Origin: Bacteroidia bacterium
GTDB lineage: Bacteria > Bacteroidota > Bacteroidia > J057
NCBI GenBank assembly: GCA_022760475.1
Contig: JALEFZ010000043.1
Location: 98,334 to 122,333 of the forward strand
Length of the DNA stretch: 24,000 bases
Reading direction: 5' to 3'
This document shows positions 23,832-24,000 of the stretch, piece by piece (the stretch's first letter is position 1; each line of letters begins with the position of its first letter). The position numbers and the translations under genes were made by a program. The notes under the pieces are model-generated. The model did no database searches and was not told the DNA's origin. It worked only from the letters and a program-made list of their open reading frames with translations.

Positions 23832-24000
23832 ATGCTGAAGGACAATAGCCCACAGCAGGAAACTACAGACCTACTTGCCAGGATCAAAGAACTGGAAGCT
23901 GAGAATGCAAAGCTGAAATCAATCAATGATGCTTTGGAATCTCGACTCTCCTTGATCCTGGAAAAGGTTCCCATGCTCTTTTTTCAGGTAGATAAAGAGG
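23832..24000 (+). CDS. 5' end of an ORF running off the window; coiled-coil N-terminus, possibly a PAS-type sensor protein
   Basis: An ATG at 23832 lies one nt after the M14 stop, and the frame stays open to nt 24000 (MLKDNSPQQETTDLLARIKELEAENAKLKSINDALESRLSLILEKVPMLFFQVDKE). It is not in the ORF track because it is truncated. The product guess is weak. Confidence 0.35.
   Translation, partial: MLKDNSPQQETTDLLARIKELEAENAKLKSINDALESRLSLILEKVPMLFFQVDKE

Noticed and set aside
1-24000. I searched for mobile elements, CRISPR arrays, toxin-antitoxin pairs and defence islands.
   Set aside because: I found no transposase, integrase or recombinase-like ORFs. There are no terminal inverted repeats and no regularly spaced direct repeats. 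I see no small overlapping gene pairs of TA type and no nuclease, ATPase or methylase-like ORFs. Every large ORF has a plausible housekeeping assignment.

Overview
This window reads as ordinary chromosomal, housekeeping DNA. It is most likely from a Bacteroidota genome. That is an inference from three things: the ACIII plus aa3-oxidase gene layout, a TTTG/TAnnTTTG-type promoter upstream of rpmH, and the general lack of Shine-Dalgarno sequences. Nt 1-5428 carry the 3' part of an alternative complex III operon (actB truncated at the window edge, then actC, actD, actE, actF), ending in a clear intrinsic terminator. Nt 5559-14555 form one co-directional operon for an aa3-type cytochrome c oxidase and its biogenesis: subunit II, subunit I, heme A synthase, heme O synthase, two subunit-III paralogues, subunit IV, an SCO-like protein, a DUF420 protein and a small CxxC membrane protein. 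It also ends in a terminator-like hairpin. After that come a stand-alone aceK, a convergent pair on the minus strand (YhhN lysoplasmalogenase-like, NADPH-dependent FMN reductase), rpmH-rnpA, an S41 C-terminal processing protease, a small TIMP-like CxC protein, ung, an M14 carboxypeptidase-like protein, and the first 56 codons of a further ORF. I recognise no mobile element, CRISPR array, tRNA/rRNA, toxin-antitoxin or defence system, and I do not claim a new system. The least ordinary observations concern the respiratory operons. ActF has a roughly 100-aa His/Asp/Glu tract built from degenerate 12-nt repeats. CoxI has a His-rich N-terminus. One subunit-III paralogue carries a roughly 200-aa insertion with His/Gly clusters. 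The SCO homologue has lost all three canonical copper ligands. An orphan aceK and a TIMP-like protein lying between peptidase genes are also worth a look. All functional calls come from by-eye motif and family recognition, and no database search was run.
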